DNA of 48,808 nt, filler included, from Sphacelaria rigidula (taxonomy: Eukaryota), in NCBI GenBank assembly GCA_964200075.2. It is 3 parts of 3 records of this genome, joined end to end, with 100 filler letters (N's around TTAATTAATTAA, not from the genome) between each part and the next. Parts side by side here need not be neighbours in the genome. Positions count along the whole stretch, not along the records: positions 32,607 to 48,808 come from CAXNAA020001446.1; 2 more parts are not named here. One strand, written 5' to 3'. The stretch's first letter is position 1; every line of letters starts with the position of its first letter. The translations under genes were made by a program, and so were the position numbers. The notes beneath the pieces were generated by a model. That model saw only the letters and a program-made list of their open reading frames with translations. It was not told the DNA's origin and ran no database searches. This document shows, in pieces, positions 44,470-48,808 of this stretch.

Positions 44470-47330
44470 GCGCCAACAACAGCCGATTACCCTGCTGTAT
44501 CATTCCGCACCATGATGCGCTCGAATGCGATGCGAAATGTGCGAGCAGTAAGGCACTCTTGGACAGCTCCCCTTTGCCTATAGGAACGTTCCTCGCAAGT
44601 ATCGAGTGTATTCAAAACAACGCATGGGACAAGTAACGGTAGGAGAGGCCGACGGAGACTGCGGTCGCTACGCAAGATGAGGAAGCGTTCTTATTTTGGT
44701 GTCGATGTTGGCTCTTGTATAATACCCTCGGGTGTGACAGGGGAGCGAAATAAAACCCGTACTTCGTGCGGGTGTTTTATGCAACGAACGACATTTTCAT
44801 GCGCGATGCGATACAGCGGCGTCGAATATGTCGATCTTTTTATCGAGACCAGACGCCCTGAGGTGTCCTGCAATGAAGTGATGCGTGTCATAGCCTAGCA
44901 GTGCAGCTTTTGACTCCTGGCGCACGTGGGCCTTTCGAGCATTTCGATTGACGTGGAACTTGTTGTGTTGTGCTACGGTGCGACGTTTCGGAGGTTGCGG
45001 AAGACATGTGCCAGTAAAGTGTCCCTTCTATCGTTTCCTGTGTTCCAAAAAGAGCTTGAAGGAGAGGAATGATCGGCGCGCGTGGGTTTAGATAAGGTGT
45101 GGAGTGTTTGAGTCAGTCGCAAGGACTCGCGGGTACCCCGCGTGTTCTTATTGTGACTATAATGCGATTGCTCAGCAACTGCTTCCCACGGTTGGTATGT
45201 TGATCGACGAATCGCTATTTTTTATATTATCAGGTCGCTGGAGAGGTCAAAGTGTCCCGCGTTAACGCCGAAAGCGTTCGAGCGGATTCCTTCCAGGCGT
45301 TCATCGGAGATTGCGTGGTTTGCGCCTACCGGGGGATGGTGGTTTCGCCACCGTCTGTGTCATCAATCGCGTTGCGTACACCGCTGCTGGCGACTGTGAG
45401 TGTGACGTGTTGGAGGTGTACGTTCGTGTTCTTGTATAGTCCCGTCGTGGTCGTTCGTTGACCCTCCATGCTCCGTACGCTCACCCCGTGTTTCTCGAGA
45501 GGCAGTGATGAAGTGCATACGTCTTTTGTCGTCGTGACGATAGGGTTAGCGATGTGGCGGTGGTCGAGGAGAGAAGAACTACATTTGTACAGAGGTTTGG
45601 GCTTCGCGTAGGCACCACGGAAGTTACCGGCCGAACCGGGCGTAGTTGTTTTGTTCTGTCATTATCTCGCCTTGTACTCTCCCTTGGCACTCAAAAGCGC
45701 TAGAGTCGATAGAAATTGGGAAACCAAAACAGGTCGTGTTGAGCACACAATCCCAAATTGACGTGTAGCCGGGGCGATGTAAAGAAGAGACCCCGTGTAT
45801 CAGAGGGTGTGGTTGATCGTCACTGGTCCGAAACACACAGTTTTCCAGTTCTCCAGCGTAATGACAAGGTGGAAATTGAAAAAACAAGTTTGCTACACAT
45901 TTGTTCATGCGAACGATTGGGATTGGTTCAAGTGAGCAAAAACACCGAAGGGTTGAGGCCTGGAGCTACGTGGTTGCAGGACCCCGACAACCAGTCAGTC
46001 CGCAAGTCGTTCAATATTGAGGTCAGAAATAGTTTTCTTTTCAGAATGCGGAGTAGATGCTGGTATCTCCCGATTCCCAATCTTTGGGATCTAACCTTCA
46101 CTGCGACAAGAGGTGGCACGCGGGAATCCTTGGAAAAATCGCCAACTACGAACGGAATACAAACTTCCCCCCGCTAAGCCGGAAACTTCTGTAGCGTCTA
46201 TACGTCGTACAGCTTTTGTCATTGGTGTGTGTGGCCTGTTAGCTGGCTCTTTCTCTTGTTGCTCTGCACTGCTTCCTGTAGTCGATGTATGCCTCGGGCG
46301 AGCTTCGGGATCCGGTCCAAGTAATTTGTAGCGTTGGGCGCGGGTTGAGGTACGCCTGTGTGTGGCAACGCGAGAGTTTCCAAGAGATCACGTCACATGA
46401 GACGATCAAGAGCGTCAACCTTTAGCGTTCCACGTACTCTTGCCGAGGTCTCGACGCTCGTGCTAGGCATGTACCGAGTACAGAATACATTAGTTGGGGA
46501 ATACCATGAAGTTACTGACAACAACACGCCGTCCAGACTAGGACTACATTCGGTTGAGTGACAACTGCAAATCCTTTGTCGTGCATGAGACGGGATTTGT
46601 CACGGGTAAGGCAAAGCCATCTTCATTTTCAATTGTGGTTGTAGTGAGCATGAACGTTGTGTCGCCACAGCCGTTCGACATTCGGTTGATGATGTCGATT
46701 GTGCGTTTATATGTTCGCGGACTAAAGCGAGTGAGGGGCTGTATTGTTTTGTTTGACATACTGCTGTATACTGTGCTAAAGACCGGCGTTTGACCGCCTC
46801 TGCGGCAAGCGAGAGCAGATGTATTGGTCCTGCAACACTCCAACGGTGGCTCTCGGCATTACATGTCGATGTCTATAGAACGAACAATGAGTGCACCCGA
46901 GGTGCACACAGCATGCGTCGGGTTGCGCACGTACGACACACAGCTCTCACCGTAGGTCCACGATGCCCCTCCCTCCTGCAACAGCGCAACACCAATATCG
47001 ACTGTGTACCTGTGGGAAAATGCAGGGCCCAATGTGGGCGTGGATCCGCTCGATGGTGGCGGCGGAGACTCCAGCGACCGCCATCTCTGTCGAGGCCGAC
47101 GACACGATCGAGGTGGAGAGGCTGGGGGTAGCGAGAGCCCTTTCACAACTTTTCTGTCCACAAGCGATTGTGCAAACTGGCGCCAGGGAGAGTTGGGTGA
47201 GTGGGGGCCGGGATAACTCGTTCTGGCGGTGGATAAGGGGGAAGAATACGATCCGGGGGGTGGCTGTTGGCCAGTCGATTGGTCGCGCGTCCATTTTCCG
47301 TCGGCGTACGACGGGGCTTGTCCAGTGATG
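44470..47330 (-). mobile_element. Degenerate DIRS/Ngaro-like tyrosine-recombinase retrotransposon (gag-like, RT, RNase H, YR remnants)
   Basis: Minus-strand motifs in DIRS order: EDGFALP (about 46610), GKSTWNAK/VD (about 46430), LSGSCNHVAPG (about 45975), IDSSAFECQG (about 45700, cf. TDASxxGxG), RRSTYQPWE (about 45195), LLAHVFRNLRNVAP (about 45000), AALLGY...HLRASGL (about 44875, cf. LGFFxxLRxSE), HFASHS-RI-GA (about 44525, cf. SHSxRIGA). Internally deleted, and no YxDD is visible. Confidence 0.55.
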
Positions 47331-47790
47331 CCGTGTTATGTTGTGTGGAAATGACCGATTATCAAAGGTATTGTCCCCGCTGCTTCTTCTCTTTTTCGTG
47401 TTTTCCGTGTGATTTCCATCCATCTTGCACAATTTTGCAGGCCATCATGGAAGACATTCCCAGCTTTAGCAATGGTTGTATCCGATCTGCCACAGAAACC
47501 ACACCCGAGCGATCGGTGCGGACATTTTGGGTCTCCGAATTGACTCTTGTCTGGACTGTGCTCTCGCTTTGACTAGAGAGTAACTGCCCAGACAAAAGTC
47601 AATTCAGAAACTCAAAATGTCCCCACCGCTACGTCAGGTGTGGTTCCTATCCCTGTGCTGCGACTGGGCATGTCTTCCTCAATGGCTTGAAAATGTATGA
47701 AAGGTGACAGAGGAACTCCGCCGGGAAAGCAACGAAAACCAAGCAGCAGAGGGCATACCGTTGTTAGTCAATACCTCCTGCACAACACGG
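47331..47790. mobile_element. Foldback/MITE-like element, about 460 bp
   Basis: ggaagacat..ccag..aaccacacc..ggacattttg..gaattgact..tgtctgg is mirrored by ccagaca..agtcaattc..caaaatgtcc..ggtgtggtt..ctgg..atgtcttcc. Ends ccgtgtt / aacacgg. Confidence 0.8.
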
Positions 47791-48126
47791 AGAGCTTTAT
47801 GCCATGTTGTTGATGGTCCTTGATATACTTGAGCAACTCAAATCACTCCAATCGGTGTGTGCGTACCAAATCTTTGCTTTGTAGTCGCGGTGGACGGCAG
47901 ACCGTCCGACGGATTATCGCGGTTTGACGGTCCCGCAGGTCAAGAAGCACTTGGCGGAAGCCCTCGGAATGGCCCACAGTAACTACTAGCGCGTCGGTTG
48001 TTTACCAACACTTACTTTCCTCCACCACTATCGAGTAAGATTCATCTGACAAGAAGTTATGTGCCCTATATACCCTCCCCCATCCGAGGCGGGATGTTGG
48101 AGATGTCTCTGTCAGGAGTAGGAACG

Positions 48127-48199
48127 GTGCTCCGTCTCAAAAGGGATGCGTGATCAATGGTCAAACGACTAAGGCAAGCACCAAATGAGTACACCCCCC
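48127..48199 (+). repeat. Conserved about 72-bp dispersed repeat core, copy 3
   Basis: gtgctccgtctcaaaagggatgcgtgatcaatggtcaaacgactaaggcaagcaccaaatgagtacacccccc, about five mismatches to copy 1. Confidence 0.9.
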
Positions 48200-48808
48200 T
48201 CCCCGAGGCCAATGGCTTTATGACTACGGCATGCATGATCATGAGAACACCCCCCTCCTCCGCAGCCGGCGAAAACCCGGTGTGCTCCGTCCCGGCTTGG
48301 TAGGGGCGGACTCCCTATGGGATTGGCGTCGGTTGGCGATGACGCTGTAAAACACGCCACTCGCTGCGTAAGCTAGGCAACCGGGTTACCGATTTGTTTT
48401 GCTCGCTTGCGTTTTTTGCGGTCACCCTGATGGTGGTCGAGTTATATCATTTTGTGCGGCGTGAGAAAACCTCAACTCCGCGCAAAGCATATGGCCGTAC
48501 TACGTAGTGTTTACATGTTGAGACATCCATGAGGTAGCGTACAAGCCGTGGCTGTCTCTGGCAGTGGTGATAGCACAAAATGAAGCGACTCATTCGACGC
48601 TGCCATCCAAATGCTAGATAATCAGTACGCTTCGAGCCGCGAAATCTTAGCAGGGTGCAGCTCACCCTCCATGCGACTGGCCGTGCACACTACGGCGCTT
48701 CGCGCTTTGTGATTGATTGCGAGCCTGGTCCGGACACCTTCTACGATAGCCCCCTCCCAAAACCAGCTAAAACTGTCACGAAAAAATGGTCATACAGCGC
48801 CTGATGTT

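Overview
Eukaryotic, intron-rich, repeat-saturated genomic DNA. It most resembles a brown alga (Ectocarpus-like); that taxon call is an inference from gene structure, TTAGGG-type repeats and SINE style. Two artificial 100-bp joins (N44-TTAATTAATTAA-N44 at 16205-16304 and 32507-32606) split the window into three contigs. Three + strand spliced genes can be rebuilt by hand. Gene 1 is a 7-exon partial gene (4910-15675, about 720 aa) encoding a charged coiled-coil/low-complexity protein with poly-Ser and poly-Ala tracts. Gene 2 is a 2-exon predicted single-pass membrane protein (18864-20078) with a duplicated WxSWxDxDDDV motif. Gene 3 is a 3-exon acidic/coiled-coil protein (37410-39897) with a 60-aa internal duplication. 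I recognise none of them as a known family. The rest is mostly decayed transposable elements: tRNA-derived SINEs, a Stowaway/mariner-type MITE with TA TSD, tiny TTAA piggyBac-type MITEs, many foldback inverted repeats, and degenerate DIRS/Ngaro-like and Penelope-like retroelement remnants, plus several pseudogenised exon fragments. I found no intact enzyme, rRNA, true tRNA, CRISPR array or clearly novel multi-gene system. The best leads are the orphan proteins, a composite repeat carrying an unidentified decayed ORF, and a short very conserved dispersed element.
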